Assembly: GCA_963733375.1 (NCBI GenBank)
Contig: CAVTDB010000003.1
Location: 64,001-128,000, forward strand
DNA length: 64,000 nt
From: Nitrospirota bacterium
GTDB lineage: Bacteria > Nitrospirota > JACRHJ01
Reading direction: 5' to 3'
This document shows, piece after piece, positions 32,919 to 45,781 of this stretch. The position numbers and the translations under genes were made by a program. Positions within the stretch are counted from its first letter, which is position 1; each line of letters starts with the position of its first letter. Under the pieces are notes generated by a model, which was not told the origin of the DNA, did not search any database, and saw only the letters and a list, made by a program, of their open reading frames with translations.

Positions 32919-35900
32919 TTCCAGGATGAGGCGGTACATCCAGCCGGCAGACCCCGTGTACCACGTCCATCCGCCGCGTCCGATGTGAGGCGATACTGCA
33001 TAAACGTCGGCTGCGACAACGTACGGTTCGACCTTATATGTTTCCATCTCTTCCCGGGATATCGCATGGTTCACCGGGTTGATCATCGTCAGGATTTCCC
33101 ATGCACGCCGCCTGTCGCCTAATTGGGCGAAAGCCATCGCAGCCCAGACCGCGCCGTGCGTGTACTGTCCGCCATTCTCCCTCACGCCCGGGACGTACCC
33201 TTTTATATAGCCCGGGTTCAAATCAGACTTGTCGAACGGCGGGTCAAGGAGCTGGACCAGCTTATGGTCGCGCCTTACCAGGCGTTTATCCACCGATTCC
33301 ATTGCCATTGCCGAACGCTTGGCGTCCCCGGCGCCGGAGAGGACTGACCAGCTTTGCGAAATGGAATCAATCTGGCATTCGGCATTGACTGCCGAACCGA
33401 GAGGCAAGCCGTCGTCGAAATAGGCGCGACGGTACCAGCCGCCATCCCAGCCGCTTTCCTCGATATTTCGTCCTCAGCCCGGCCGCCTCTTCCAGACAGC
33501 GTTCCGCAAAAGGCCCGTCGCCGCGCAGCCGTGCAATTTTATTAAACTGCATGAGTACTTCGTAAAGGAAGAACCCCAGCCAGACACTTTCGCCCTTGCC
33601 CTCTGCGCCAACCATATTCATGCCGTCATTCCAGTCGCCCGAGCCGATAAGCGGCAGGCCATGCTCGCCAATGCCGGCGCCTTTCATAATAGCCCGAACA
33701 CAGTGTTCGTACAGACTGGCCGCTTTTCCAGACTGGCGTGGAAGGTCGTAATACGAGTCCTCGTCCGCATTTACCTGGCGGCCGTCTATGAAGTGGACAG
33801 GTTCATCGAGCACGCCGGTATCCCCGGTGCTTATAACGTAGCGGCATACAGCCAGCGGCAGCCAGAGAAAATCGTCGGAACAGTGCGTACGGACGCCTTG
33901 GCCCGATGGAGGGTGCCACCAGTGCTGGACGTCTCCTTCCTGGAACTGACGCGACGCGCACAGGAGTATGTGTTCGCGCACGAGGCGCGGTTCCGCGTGG
34001 ATGAGTGACATCACGTCCTGCAACTGGTCGCGGAAACCGAAAGCGCCCCCGGACTGGTAGTACCCGCTGCGGGCCCAGAGGCGGCACGCGAGAGTCTGAT
34101 ATATCAGCCAGCCGTTGGTCATTATATTAACGGACTGGTCGGGCGTCTCCACCTGCACCGCGCCCAGGGTGTGGTTCCAATGCTGCCAGACCTTCTCTAA
34201 CGCGTCGCGCGCGGCGGCGGCCCCCCGGAAGCGATGTACCAGTACGCTGGCGGCGTCGGCGTCCTGGCCCGCGCCGAGCCTGAATATGACCTCGCGCTCC
34301 TGCCCGTCGGCAAGCTCAAATGGGACCTGGATCGCGGCGCAGGGGTCCAGGGCGGCCCCTACCCTGCCGGAAAGCCGTGAACGGCTCATCGCCGCCGGAT
34401 CTTTAAGCGTTCCGTTGCGGCCTAGGAACTCCGCCCGGTCGCCGCTCATGGTACGGGCCGCCTCGTCCACGTCGAAGAAGGCGGTCTGGTCCGCGAATTT
34501 TGTGCTGTATGGGTTCCGCGCAAATAGCGCACCACTGCCCGGATCAATTTCGGTAATCACATGCATTGCCGTCCTCGACCGCAGGTCTCCCAGTACCCAT
34601 TCCACATAACCCGTAGCGGATAGCCGGCGCGGTCTTCCGGACTCGTTTTTCACCTTCAACACCGTGAACTTGACCGACGCGTCCAGGGCCACATAGACCC
34701 ACATCTCGGTGCGTATGCCGTCCTCCACGTGCTCAAAGACGCTGTAACCGAATCCGTGGCGGCTAACGATAATGCGTCGCCCCGCGGCTGGGCAGAGGCG
34801 CGGGCGACCAGAAATGGCCGCTCTCCTCGTCGCGGATGTAAAAAGCCTCACCGCTGGAATCGCATACCGGGTCGTTATACCAGGGTGTGATGCGGAACTC
34901 ATGGGCATTGTCCATCCAGGTGTAAGCGAGCCCGCTCTCCGAGATAACGGTCCCGAACTGCGGGTTCGCCAGGACATTCACCCACGGGGCCGGAGTCGTC
35001 TGGTCGTGCGTCGGTAGTAATAACGTACTCGCGGCCGTCAGGCGTGAAGCCGCCGAGCCCGTTAGAGAACAGCAGGTCGCCGCGAGGCGTCGCCTCGGCA
35101 TGCGGGGCTTTTTTGTAGACCCGGGTCGGAGTGAGGCGCGGTATGCTTGCCTCGGCGACACCGCGGCGGTTAACAGTCCAAATGACCTGGTCCACCAGTG
35201 TTCCCCGGCTATCGGTGATGATGGCGCGGGCGACCGTTTTAAACAGGATGCGGTCCTCGTTCGATATCTGTTCCGCGGGCCTCACAAAAATGCCGCCCGG
35301 CCGGCTCCGCCGCGTCCGATTCCAGGCCCGCGGCGATTAGCCCCATTATCTGCTCTTGCAGAAGCTGCCGGTAACCGGCATGGTCTTCGTTCCAGATAAC
35401 CAGGTCTACAGGCAGTCCCTTTAAGCGCCAGTATGCGTGGGCCTGTACGAGTTGGCGTACCAGCTCGATATTGGCCAGGTCCGCAATCTGCAGCAGCACG
35501 ATAGGGAGGTCGCCCGAAATTGAATAGCCCCACAGGCCGTATTGCCCTCTGCGGTTACTGAGCAGCACGTCCGGGGCGGCGCGAAGCGAAGAATTGGAGT
35601 AGATCAACGAGCTGGCCAGGCGCCCATAGAGTTGCGCGTCGGTTTCCGTGGCGTTGATCTGTCGCAAGAGCACCTGGCCGTGCGTCCATGCCATATCGAA
35701 GACACGGTCCGCGAGACGCCGGTCCTGATATTTCTCGACAAGCCCCAGGCATGCCTCCCGGTTTTCACCAATGCCTGTGACCATATTTATTGTGACCGGC
35801 TTGTCCGGCTCGATAGTTATCCTGTGCCTTACGGCGACGATGGGGTCGAGAACCGAGCCCTGGCTGCCTGAGAGCGTCCCCGACGGGTTTGAAGTATCGT

Positions 35901-38900
35901 GCATGGCCTGCGGGTCGGCGACCGTATTGCCCCGGCCTATGAACCGCATGCGGTCGGTTTCATAGGATGCCTCTCCTGGCGTCCGCCCCGTGCACGGCCA
36001 TCAGGTGAAACATCCAGGGCGGCTCTTCGTCGATGGAGCGGGGCCGGCGCGTGCAGAGTATGGCGCCCTGCTCGTCAATGATTTCCGTCTGGACAAAGAG
36101 GTTGCTGAACGCCGGATGCAGTGCGTCCGACGCCTGCGATGCAAGGACCACTTCCGCGTAACTCGTTATATCGATCTCCCTGCGCGTCTGTGAGCGGTTG
36201 GTAATCGTGATCCGGCGCAGTTCTATGTCGTCCTCGGGCGAAACGGTAATCTCCGTATGCGTCTCAATGTTATTGTCCGTACGGCGGAACTCCGCCCGCG
36301 CTTCCGAAAAAATCGCTTCATACTTCTTTGGCCGTTTAAGCGTAGGCTGATACGCGGTTGACCAGAACTCTCCGCTCGCCACGTCGCGGATGTAGCAGAA
36401 CGTGCCCCAGTTATCGCAGGTACTGTCTTCGCGCCAGCGTGTGACCGCTATATCTTTCCACCTGCTGTAACCGCCTCCCGCATTGGTGACCATCACGTGG
36501 TACCGGCCGTTAGACAATAACTGCACCTCCGGTACCGGCGTATTGGGGCTGCCAAGTACGCGCACGGGCATCTCTATTCCGCTTGACGCCGTCCGTATCT
36601 CTGAAATCTCGGCGGTTTGCGAATAAAACGCCGTGGCCTTAGGCACACGCTCCTGGAGCAGCAGCATGGTCGCCTGGAACCCAGGGTCGGACTCGAACCG
36701 CTTCTGCATCTGACCGTCCAGGAGCAAACAGGCCAGCGAGAGGAAGCTCATACCCTGGTGATGCGCCATGAAGGACCGCACCACCGCGCTTGACTGTCCG
36801 CGCGGCAGGCGGGAAGGCGTGTAGTCTATCGCCTCATAGAAGCCATACCGGGTTTCAAGGCCTTCGGCCGCGAGCCGCTGCAGGTTTAAGCATGCTTCCT
36901 CGGGCGCCACCATCAGGGCAAGGGCCGAAGCATAAGGAGCAACTACCAGGTCCTCGGCGAGACCGCGTTTCAGCCCAAGGCCGGGCACGCCGAACGCCCG
37001 GTACTGGTAGTTTAAATGCACATCGATCGTGTTGAAGCCGGACTCCGACATGCCCCACGGCACCCTGCGCTTCTTCCCGTATTCGACCTGCGCGGCCACG
37101 GCCGCCTTATATGTCTGGTCGAGCAGCGTGTTTTCATACGTCGGCATCACCAGGAGCGGCATCAGGTACTCAAACATCGAGCCGCTCCATGAGAGTAGGA
37201 CCGGGTCCCCACCGGTGGCGGTGAGAAGGCGTCCCAGAGCGAACCAGCTCTCCTGCGGCAGTTGTCCCTGCGCAATCCCGATGAAACTGCAAAGCCTGGC
37301 TTCAGAAGCTAATAGATCGTAAAAACTCTCATCCAGCCTCCGCTCGCCGACGTTATATCCGATGGATAATAAATGACGGGCCTTGTCGAACAGAAAGTCA
37401 TATTCCATGCGTGCGAACTCGCCGCACTGCAGCGCAAGCCGCTCTATCGCCGCGATCCTCAAGCCGGCGCGCCGGCTTGCCTCTTTGATAAGCCCTTTAA
37501 GCTCATCATCGATTGCCGGCGGCAACTCATCCTCAAGGGCGGCCAGTTGGCGCAGCGTCGGGATTCCGGGTAACGACCTGGAAGTTATCAGGAGAATCCG
37601 GCAGCAATATCCACGGCGCGAGAAACTCCAGCTCATCGAGGGCGGCCTGGCACTGAGCGACGAAGGCACGCGCCCACCACGCCGCCTGGCCATCATTGAC
37701 CGCACCGGCGCTACCCTGGGCGTCAATGCCGGCGACCACTTCCGCGGCGGACTTTGCCAGTTGTTCAAGGCACAGCCTTGCCGCCGCAAGATTATCGGGC
37801 GGGCATTTATACGCTGACTCCATATCCAGTTTAAGGCGGGCGAGCTGGGCTTGAGCGGCCCCATTCGCCGCGTCCGCGAGAACCCGGACGGTATCGCCCA
37901 AGCCGTCGAACAACCTCGCTCCCAGTATCTTCTGGTCGGCAAGCGCCAGCAGGCCGGGCCGCAATGTAAGAAGACTGCCTGCAAGGTTCCCGCTGTCCAC
38001 CGATGAAATATAGGTGGGCAACAGCGGCTTCAGGGACTTTGTATCGTACCAGTTATAAAAATGGCCCCGGTATTTTTCCAGGGATTCCATCGTCTTAAAC
38101 GCGTTTTCAGTGCGTTCGATGAGTTGCCCGGTTACAATATAGCCGAAATCATGCGCGGATAAATTCGATAGCAGCGCAAGCCCCATGTTTGTAGGCGAAG
38201 TGCGATGGGCGACTACGGAAACGGGATGCTCCTGAAAGTTATCAGGCGGCAGCCAGTTATCTTCCGGACCTACGAATGTCTCAAAAAACGCCCACGTCTT
38301 CCTGGAAAGATTCCGTAGAAAAATATTCTGGTCAGCAGTCAGCCTTGCTTCGCGCCGGGCGAGCGGCCGGCTGATCCACCACGCGATAAAGGGTGATGAA
38401 AACCACAGGCCCAATAAGGGTGCGGCCATTCCCAACGCGGCCGGCCTTGAAAGGGCAAGATAGACCGCTACGGCAGTCGCAATTATGGGGGCTATCCACA
38501 TTGACCTGAAGGTGGCGGCGAGGCTGGTGCGCCCGGTGTTGCCCGATGCATTCCATTCAAGAAGCCGTTTATGCGTCAGCAGCATCCGCCACACGGTGCG
38601 CAAGATCGCATCCAGACTGTAAAACGCCTCATAAGGCAGACAGGCGAGCGTAAATGCAGCCTGGGCAATGCGCATGCCGGTAGAACGCCCCGCGGCAGAG
38701 AGGTGCTGACCAAGAAGCACATCTCCCGGCTTCCGAAGAAGATCAAGGATAGAGGGAATCAGAGAAGGGAGCAGGATGATCCCTAAAACCGACAAGGTCC
38801 AGAAAAGCGGCATCGCCAGGACAGTCCAGCCAAGCAGCAGAAGGAGAGTCAACGCCACTGGCACGAGACTGCGCCGAAGGTTGTCCAGAAGCTTCCAGCG

Positions 38901-41354
38901 GGACAGCATCGAGAGCGGGTTCTTTTGAAAGCGGGAAAGGGCTGCCCGGGACGCCGGGCAGCAGCCACCTTACAAGCTGCCAGTCCCCGCGAATCCAACG
39001 ATGCCGGCGGCTCACGTCCGCGCTGTAGCCGGACGGATATTCCTCGTACACCATAACATCGCTCTGAAGCCCCGCGCGCGCGTAACATCCTTCCAGCAGG
39101 TCGTGGCTGAGTATACGGTTCTCGGGGAAGCGTCCATCCAGCGCCAGCTCGAATGCGTCGACGTCATAGATGCCCTTGCCTATGAACGACCCTTCCTGGA
39201 ACAGGTCCTGGTAAACATCCGAGACAACACGCGTATAGGGATCGATTCCCGGCTCGCTCCCGAACATGCGCGCATACCTCGAACGGTTCGTGCCGGGCAG
39301 GCTGACGGCCACGCGCGGCTGAAGGATGCCATATCCCTCGCAGACGCGCTGCTTGTCCTGGTCGTACCGCGCGCGGTTCAGGGGGTGCGCCATCGCACCC
39401 ACAAGCTGCCAGGCCGAGTCGCGCGGCAGCTGCGTGTCAGTGTCAAGGGTGATCACATACTTAACGCTTGATAATACCGCCGTGTCGCCTACTATGAGTG
39501 AAAAGCGTTCTTTTGCGACGCCATGTTCACCGGCGCGCAGTAAGGCGTTTAAGTCCGAAAGCTTGCCGCGCTTACGCTCGTATCCCATCCAAATACGGTC
39601 CTGGGGATTCCATCGGCGCGGGCGATGGAAAAGGAAGAACGCGTCGCCCTTTGAATTCCCGTATTTTTCATTCAGTTCTTCGATTCTCTGACGGGCCAGC
39701 AGCACAAGAGCTTCGTCCTCGGGCAGCGTTTCCTCGGCTGCGTCCCGAAAATCAGTCAGCAGGCCGAAGTGCAGGTTGTCGTCACGATTTGCCAGGAACC
39801 TGACTTCCAGCGCCTCGACCAGGTCCTCGATGTTCTGAGCGCTGATGAGCATGGTCGGGACAACCGTCAAGGTACGCGACTGTGGCGGTATGCCTTTGGA
39901 GAAGTCCATCCGGGGCAGCGGATGCGGTGCCGCGAGCAAAGTGGCCAACCAGTTCACCAGGGCCACGGCCAGATGACTTGCGCACAGAAGCGAGAGGATG
40001 CCCGTCAGCCCGAGCGCCCAGCCGTATAGCCCGCCGGCATGCGCCTTGGATAACATGAACCACGTGGGTACCGCTGTAATCAGCACGATGGCGCCTATAT
40101 ACAGCAGCAAGGGAAACCGTGAGGCCGATTTCCGAAGGGCCTCAAAGACGGATAAGCGTACTTCCGCCAGTTGCTCAAGCTGTTGACGCCCCTTGTCTAT
40201 CAGGTAATAGCCGACATGTACCGCATTTTCATGCGCAAGCCTGATCGCTTCGGCCGCAACTTCGCTCTCCGATAGCCGGCTCTTCTTAGCCGTTTTCTCC
40301 ACGGCGTGGCGGTAACGGTCGCGCGTAACAAAATCCATCTTGCCGTAAACGCCGCCTGTGTCCTCCCGCAGGGTCTGTTCGACAATGCTCATCGTCTCGA
40401 CGAACTCGCGCCAGTCCATTGCGCCAAGGAAGCGGAGGCTGCCTATACTGTTACTCATCGAGACCTGGTCGGCGGCCTGCTGCTGGTTCTCCGACTGCAC
40501 CAGTTGTTTGATCGTCAGGCCGGACTCGGACAGTTGCTGCTCAATCCAGGTAAGCGGCAATGCGAGGGCGGGGCCCTGTCCCTGGAGCCGGCGCGTGAGT
40601 TCCGCAACAAACGAACTCACCATCGGCGGGCCGGACCGCGCCATGTCGGCAATCACAAGGATCAGGCTCTTCGGGTCCTTCTCCGCGGTTTGGGTCAGCA
40701 GGTCAGCCCAGTAATCGGCGCTGTTCCGGTCGAGCCTGTCAGTGGCGATCCGGACCGCGACTCGCCGGAGGTTCTCGATCAGCGCCAGGCGCAGCATGAT
40801 GGGGATTGCCCACAATTCGCCTAATTTCAGGCTGGTTACTCGTCTGATAGGCCTTTACAAAACCGATGAGGCTCTCCGGGTCTACCCGCCCGTCTCCATG
40901 TGAAATAGTTTCCAACGCAATGTCATATACGCGAGGGAGACCGGCTGAAGGACCATCTTGCAGGCGAGGCAGTTCCCGGCTGTAACCTTTCGGCAGATGC
41001 CTTCTGGCTGTTCGGACCTGCTCCTCTATCAGGTAGAAATTGTCGAGCAGCCATTCCCCCGCAGGTGTGATCCTGCGGTCTGTCTTGACAGCCTCGGTCA
41101 GCAGGTTGCGGGTTTCCAACAGCACGCTTTCATTCTCAGCCAGGCGCGTCAGCAGCTGCTCCGGGGCATGGCCCTGGGCTCAGCCTGTGCGAGTTCGCGA
41201 GCGTCTTGCCGTGCTGCTCCATCTGATAGGCGCTGAACAACTCCGACCGAAGCGGCTGCTCGTCGCTTGCACGTTTTTGCGTTAAGATATTTTTGCTGAG
41301 GCTCGCACCCAGATGAGACAGGCGCCCGAGAATAGTTTTGCTACTCTTCTTCAC
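32670..41354 (-). CDS. ndvB: Cyclic beta-1,2-glucan synthase (GT84 + glucoamylase-like + GH94 domains, about 2900 aa; about 6 frameshifts)
   Basis: PLRSELFS, AGEWLLDNFY, WMGYERKRGKL, ITLDTDTQL, ILSHDLLEG, RRHRWIRGDWQ, YDLLASEARL, YQSGGAFGFRDQLQD, GSGDWNDGMN, RENGGQYTH, GRGGWTWYTGSAGW. Confidence 0.93.
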
Positions 41355-41595
41355 GTTTTATTCCGTTTTTGATGAGAGGATATCAGAGTGTACTTAGGTG
41401 AGAACTTTTTCTCGGTATGGCGATTTCAGGACACAGTGAGGTTCTTTTGTATAAGCCAGTGTAGCCCCTTTATCATGTCAGGTCAAGGCAAAACGGTTTT
41501 AACTATCTGAAACAAGGGGATTTTGGACCAGGTGTCCATTGAGAATTCGACGGATATAAATCGCCATACCTAATACGCAAAAGAATAATAAACGT

Positions 41596-41624
41596 TTGAC
41601 ATCTCGCAAATAAACGTATAGAGT
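41596..41624 (+). promoter_or_regulatory. Sigma70 promoter of the cold-shock gene (long 5' UTR, about 155 nt)
   Basis: TTGACA-N17-TAGAGT. Confidence 0.6.
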
Positions 41625-41785
41625 GTATCTAGTGTTGCTGCGGCGTGATGCTGCAGCTTTTTTTTTGCCTGGAATTTTTTCATGCTTTTTGGATTGTAAT
41701 GATTTACTTAAGGCTTGAAACGGTTTGACAGGTTAACAATGGTTGAGCGTCTCAGGGCGTTCGCCAAAGAACAAGGGGTATTAAA

Positions 41786-41983
41786 TTGAAGGGTTCGGTT
41801 AAGTGGTTCAACGAGAGCAAGGGTTATGGTTTCATCACGCCGGAGGAAGGCAAGGATGTGTTCGTGCATTTCTCCGAGATAAAGATGGACGGCTTCAAGA
41901 CCTTGAACGAAGGCCAGGAAGTACAGTTTGAAGTGACTGACGGTCCGAAGGGTCCGCAGGCAGTCAATGTAATGAACGTGTAA
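41786..41983 (+). CDS. Cold-shock protein (CspA family)
   Basis: [39 protein letters not shown]. Confidence 0.96.
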   Translation: MKGSVKWFNESKGYGFITPEEGKDVFVHFSEIKMDGFKTLNEGQEVQFEVTDGPKGPQAVNVMNV

Positions 41984-42005
41984 TTAAAAAAACGCTTCAA
42001 AATCG

Positions 42006-42038
42006 AAAGGCCCCGGAATTTTCCGGGGCCTTTTTTTT
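42006..42038 (+). terminator. Rho-independent terminator after csp
   Basis: aaaggccccggaa-tt-ttccggggcc followed by T8. Confidence 0.88.
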
Positions 42039-42098
42039 ATGCACGTATTATGAATCCCTCAAGTCGGGGTTTTGGTCCGGGGGATTCGTTAAAGTAGC

Positions 42099-42947
42099 TC
42101 ACTCGCCCCTGTGTCTTTGCTCGCCCGCGCCCCCTTTATCTGGCGCGCCTCCCTGCTCCTTTTTCTGCCCGCGCGGCTGCTGAGCTTTCTCCTGAGGCTG
42201 TTTCTGCTGCCGCTGAACCTGAGGTCGCTGCTTCTGCTGCCGCTGGACTTTCTCCTGAGGCTGTCTCTGCTGCGGCTGGACTGTTTCCTGTGGCTGTCTC
42301 TGCCGGCGCTGGACTTTCTCCTGAGGCTGTCTCTGCTGCCGCTGGACTTTCTCCCGAGGTTGTCTTTGCTGTTGACCTTGAGGTTTCTGAACCTGGGGTT
42401 GTCTTTGTTTCTGAACCTCAGGCCTCTGTTGATATTGCTGTTGCCGTTGTTGTCTTAGCTGCTGTCTCTGCTGTTGTGGCCGAGGTTGATAGCCCTGGAC
42501 GCCCCAAGTCCCTTGCGTCCAATGCCGGTCACTGTGCCAGCCCCTCCAGTTCAATTGGAGTTGTCGGTAAGGAATCCGTTCATAGTTCCATCGGTGTCCG
42601 TTCCAATTATGGTCTCTGTAATATCCCCTCCAACCCGGGTCTACATCAAAATAGAAAGTTGGGACATCGTTATAATAACCCCAGCCACGGTCATAATAGT
42701 GTGAGCTATACCAACGGCCGTCCCATAGACGCCACCACCAGCCATCCCAGAAGTAGAGGTCCGCATCAATGGCAGGGTCAACGTAGACATCGTCAGCATC
42801 AGGCAGCACTATCACATCTGGCGGTGCGGGAAATATGAGTGGCGGCGGCAGGGGGATCCCGATACTTACATTTACATCCGCCATTGTCGGAACCGGCACT
42901 GCAATTGTCAACGCCAAAAGCACTGTTCCCCAAAATAACTTCTTCAC
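42099..42947 (-). CDS. Secreted Trp/Tyr-rich (YXWGXW-like) protein with Gln-rich 11-aa-repeat tail
   Basis: Signal peptide, VNVSIGIPLPPP, YFWDGWWWRLWDGRWY; tail of QPQEKVQRQQR repeats (33-bp DNA repeats at about 42180-42420). Confidence 0.78.
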   Translation of the reverse strand: MKKLFWGTVLLALTIAVPVPTMADVNVSIGIPLPPPLIFPAPPDVIVLPDADDVYVDPAIDADLYFWDGWWWRLWDGRWYSSHYYDRGWGYYNDVPTFYFDVDPGWRGYYRDHNWNGHRWNYERIPYRQLQLNWRGWHSDRHWTQGTWGVQGYQPRPQQQRQQLRQQRQQQYQQRPEVQKQRQPQVQKPQGQQQRQPREKVQRQQRQPQEKVQRRQRQPQETVQPQQRQPQEKVQRQQKQRPQVQRQQKQPQEKAQQPRGQKKEQGGAPDKGGAGEQRHRGE

Positions 42948-42986
42948 TTTGTTGCCTCCTTTAAGCTTCAGGGGTCTTTTCGCCCT

Positions 42987-43208
42987 TCAGCCTTTCCTGC
43001 TTCCCGCAACAACCAGCGCGACGCCGCCCGCGAGCGCAATAGCGCCCACGATCGGAGTCAGCGGGATCGTTTTAGTCTTATCAGCCGTCAGATGGATCGG
43101 CCCGATATCTACGACTTTCTCTCTGGTCGTGTAGGTAATGCCTTGATACGCAAGGGACGCGATCCCTACAACAATGAGGAGGATGCCTATAATCGTATAT
43201 GCTTTCAT
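42987..43208 (-). CDS. Small two-TM membrane protein (DUF3185-like)
   Basis: MKAYTIIGILLIVVGI..TYTTREKVVDIGPI..KTIPLTPIVG; AAGGAG RBS. Confidence 0.75.
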   Translation of the reverse strand: MKAYTIIGILLIVVGIASLAYQGITYTTREKVVDIGPIHLTADKTKTIPLTPIVGAIALAGGVALVVAGSRKG

Positions 43209-43313
43209 TTCACTCCTTTTATGGTCCACGATGTGGAGCCCGAAACAAACAAGGCCGGGAAAACGGCCTTGCTTGTCGGCAGACGGTGAACCAGGCCGCG
43301 ATCTCTTTACCCT

Positions 43314-43478
43314 TTAATGCCTGTCATGGTCGTAGTCGCCCCGGTCGCCGCGGTCGTGCATCTCACCATGCTCATGGTCACGGCCCCTGTCCTCATCGCG
43401 TCGGTCATGCCAAAAACATCCGGAAAGCATAACCGTCGCTAACAGAACGGCAATCAACCCCAGCAATATACGTTTCAT
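43314..43478 (-). CDS. 54-aa His/Asp/Arg-rich lipoprotein (not in ORF track)
   Basis: MKRILLGLIAVLLATVMLSGC-FWHDRRDEDRGRDHEHGEMHDRGDRGDYDHDRH; lipobox LSGC; GGAGG RBS. Confidence 0.75.
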   Translation of the reverse strand: MKRILLGLIAVLLATVMLSGCFWHDRRDEDRGRDHEHGEMHDRGDRGDYDHDRH

Positions 43479-43752
43479 CTCGCCCTCCGTGGACCACCTT
43501 GATGCGATTATAACCCTCTACTTGACGTTAATGTTGTTTAAGGATCTCCACTGATAATAAAAAGCGTTAGCGACATCCATAACTTGTGGTAAAATATAGC
43601 AAAAATCCCATATTCCGTCAAATTGCTGAAATCTACGGCCACCCGAAAGCCACCAAAATTAGGATTGACTCAGGAAGGAGCGGCCGCCAGAGATTTGAAG
43701 CCCTTTGCAACTGGTGAGTTTTTAGTTTATACTTTAATTAAGAGGTGAGGTT

Positions 43753-43833
43753 ATGTTTTACAATACCTTGCTGATACTATTGTTCGTGGTGATTCTCGCG
43801 CTTGCTGCCTCCGGCTTGCGGCCTTGGCATTAG
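43753..43833 (+). CDS. 26-aa single-TM peptide (not in ORF track)
   Basis: MFYNTLLILLFVVILALAASGLRPWH; strong RBS GAGGTGAGG. Confidence 0.5.
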   Translation: MFYNTLLILLFVVILALAASGLRPWH

Positions 43834-43873
43834 GTATCAGGGCGAACGGTTGAATGCTCTATAGGGGGTTTTT

Positions 43874-44683
43874 TTATCCGCAGGTCTTACCAATTAGAAC
43901 AGAACATTTTGAATTTGAAAGCACTTGTCTTGATACGCTGCCCAACATCTTCTTAATTCCTCTTAAACCCCTGCAACCCACGGCAATTAAATCCGCTTGC
44001 GTCTCTTCGGCTGATTTCAGTATTTCGCTGGATGGCGTTCCCGATTTCAATTGCACATGGATACTTTTAAAACGGTTTCTTAAGCGGTTCGCTGCCTCCT
44101 GAGCTATTCTTTCAGATTCCATAATGTTTTGATTTGTCCCCGTTACATTCAGAACCGTTACTTCCGTATCATCGGCAAAAGGAACCAACGACAGCAACGC
44201 TCCGGTAGCGAGCGAATGTTCTGAGCCATCCGTGGCAAAGAGGATTTTCATTCTGCCCGATTTTAAATCGGGAGGACGTTTTACAACAATGACAGGCTTT
44301 TTGGAATTGGCCATAATAGACTTCATCACGCTTCCAAAGATAAACGACTCGGCGCCTTTTGCGCCAATGACTATCAGGTCCGCATCCATATTGTCAGCCG
44401 CATCAGGAATGCACTGTTCGGGGGGACCGTCATCAAACGCCACGCTTTTAATTGCCTGTGTCGAACTTAAAATTTGAAGTGCGGGATTAAGCACGTTCGG
44501 CGCGATATTATTTTTTAGATCCTTAAGCGTGCCGAAATAAAAATCCTCGTCGTATTGGAAAGGTATCCAGTCTATGGCGTGAAAAATCGTTATGCTGTCG
44601 GAAGATGAAAGCTGGAGCCGGGCGAGAAACCCGGCCGCCCACTCTGAATATTTGAACCCGTCCGTTGCAAGCAAGATTTTCAT
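43874..44683 (-). CDS. Tandem-domain universal stress protein
   Basis: Two KILxATDG motifs; DLIVIGAKG / DLIAVGCRG; LGSVSRQVL..CSVLI. Confidence 0.9.
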   Translation of the reverse strand: MKILLATDGFKYSEWAAGFLARLQLSSSDSITIFHAIDWIPFQYDEDFYFGTLKDLKNNIAPNVLNPALQILSSTQAIKSVAFDDGPPEQCIPDAADNMDADLIVIGAKGAESFIFGSVMKSIMANSKKPVIVVKRPPDLKSGRMKILFATDGSEHSLATGALLSLVPFADDTEVTVLNVTGTNQNIMESERIAQEAANRLRNRFKSIHVQLKSGTPSSEILKSAEETQADLIAVGCRGLRGIKKMLGSVSRQVLSNSKCSVLIGKTCG

Positions 44684-44691
44684 TTATTAAA

Positions 44692-45781
44692 CTATTTTTC
44701 TCCAATATAAACATCCACCAACTGGCCGGGATAAATATAGAAGTTTTTGGGTTTCTCAAACCTGAAAATTACCGGCAATACCCTTACATCCACCCTTTCA
44801 GTCCTTTGATTTGACAATTGAATTTTAGGCGATACATATGGCTGGACCCGCACATATTCCAAAGGAATGTGGATATCGGTGCCCCTTATGAACATTTGCG
44901 CATTCATTTTTGGCTGCCTGCGGCAATCTGGGCACAAGTATCTCATCGATATAGCATCTGACACCAAAATAGTTCTGCGAGCTCCCCATGACGAGGACGG
45001 GTTAAACCCCTGCGTATATGTGTCATATGTCCCTTGCGCCGATACGTAGCTGCCGACCGCCGTATTTATGGAAAGCACTCTCCATCCACGGGCGCTTTTA
45101 TGGTGTACTTGGCAAGCAGGGCGTTTGAAGCCTGGTATGCCTTTGTTAAGGCATCATACTGGTTTTCCTGGTTTTTAATATCATAAATCCAGGCTCCGGC
45201 CTTGGTGAGTTCATACTGTCTTCCGGGCGACTTCGAGATTTGCCTTTGCTGTTTTCACTGCGTTTTCCGCGTTATCCAATACGTCTTTGCTCACTGATTT
45301 CGGGTCAAGTTCATATGATTTCCTCTGCTTGTCCATACTGGTCCTGCGCCGTCTTGAGGCTTGCGCTTGCAAAATCCACCTGGGCTTTGGCAATATCCAG
45401 ATTTTCTTTTCTCGGCTGGGCCTTAAGTTCTTTCAAGAGGGCCAGCGCGGCCTCAGCCTGGGATTTCTGCTGCTCGACGGTTGCCCTTTGGACGGAATCG
45501 TCCAACATCAGCAGCGGCTGTCCCTTATGCACATGCTTCCCCTTCGGAGACCAGGATATTTGTGTATTACTCCCTGAGCACTTCAGGATATATATTGATA
45601 TTCTCTCCATTGCTCTGGTAGCTTTCAATGATGCCGTTGGCATAGATGCCTTTTGCGTAAGGATTGGAGGCCGGATTAAACGCCGGAGGCTGGGGCTTTT
45701 TTTCTATGCCGAATATATAGGCGCTCACCAGGCCCGCTATCAGGCCGATGATTGCAAGGAGAATATAATCTTATTCCTCAC
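44692..45781 (-). CDS. HlyD/DevB-like membrane fusion protein (frameshifted)
   Basis: GTG start overlapping the ATPase stop; N-terminal TM, IYANGIIES, VHKGQPLL, YTIKAP, ERVDVRVLPVIF..YPGQLVDVYI. Confidence 0.82.

Noticed and set aside
42111-42458. Leu-rich repeat membrane protein on the plus strand
   Set aside because: Antisense shadow of the Gln-rich tail of 42099..42947.
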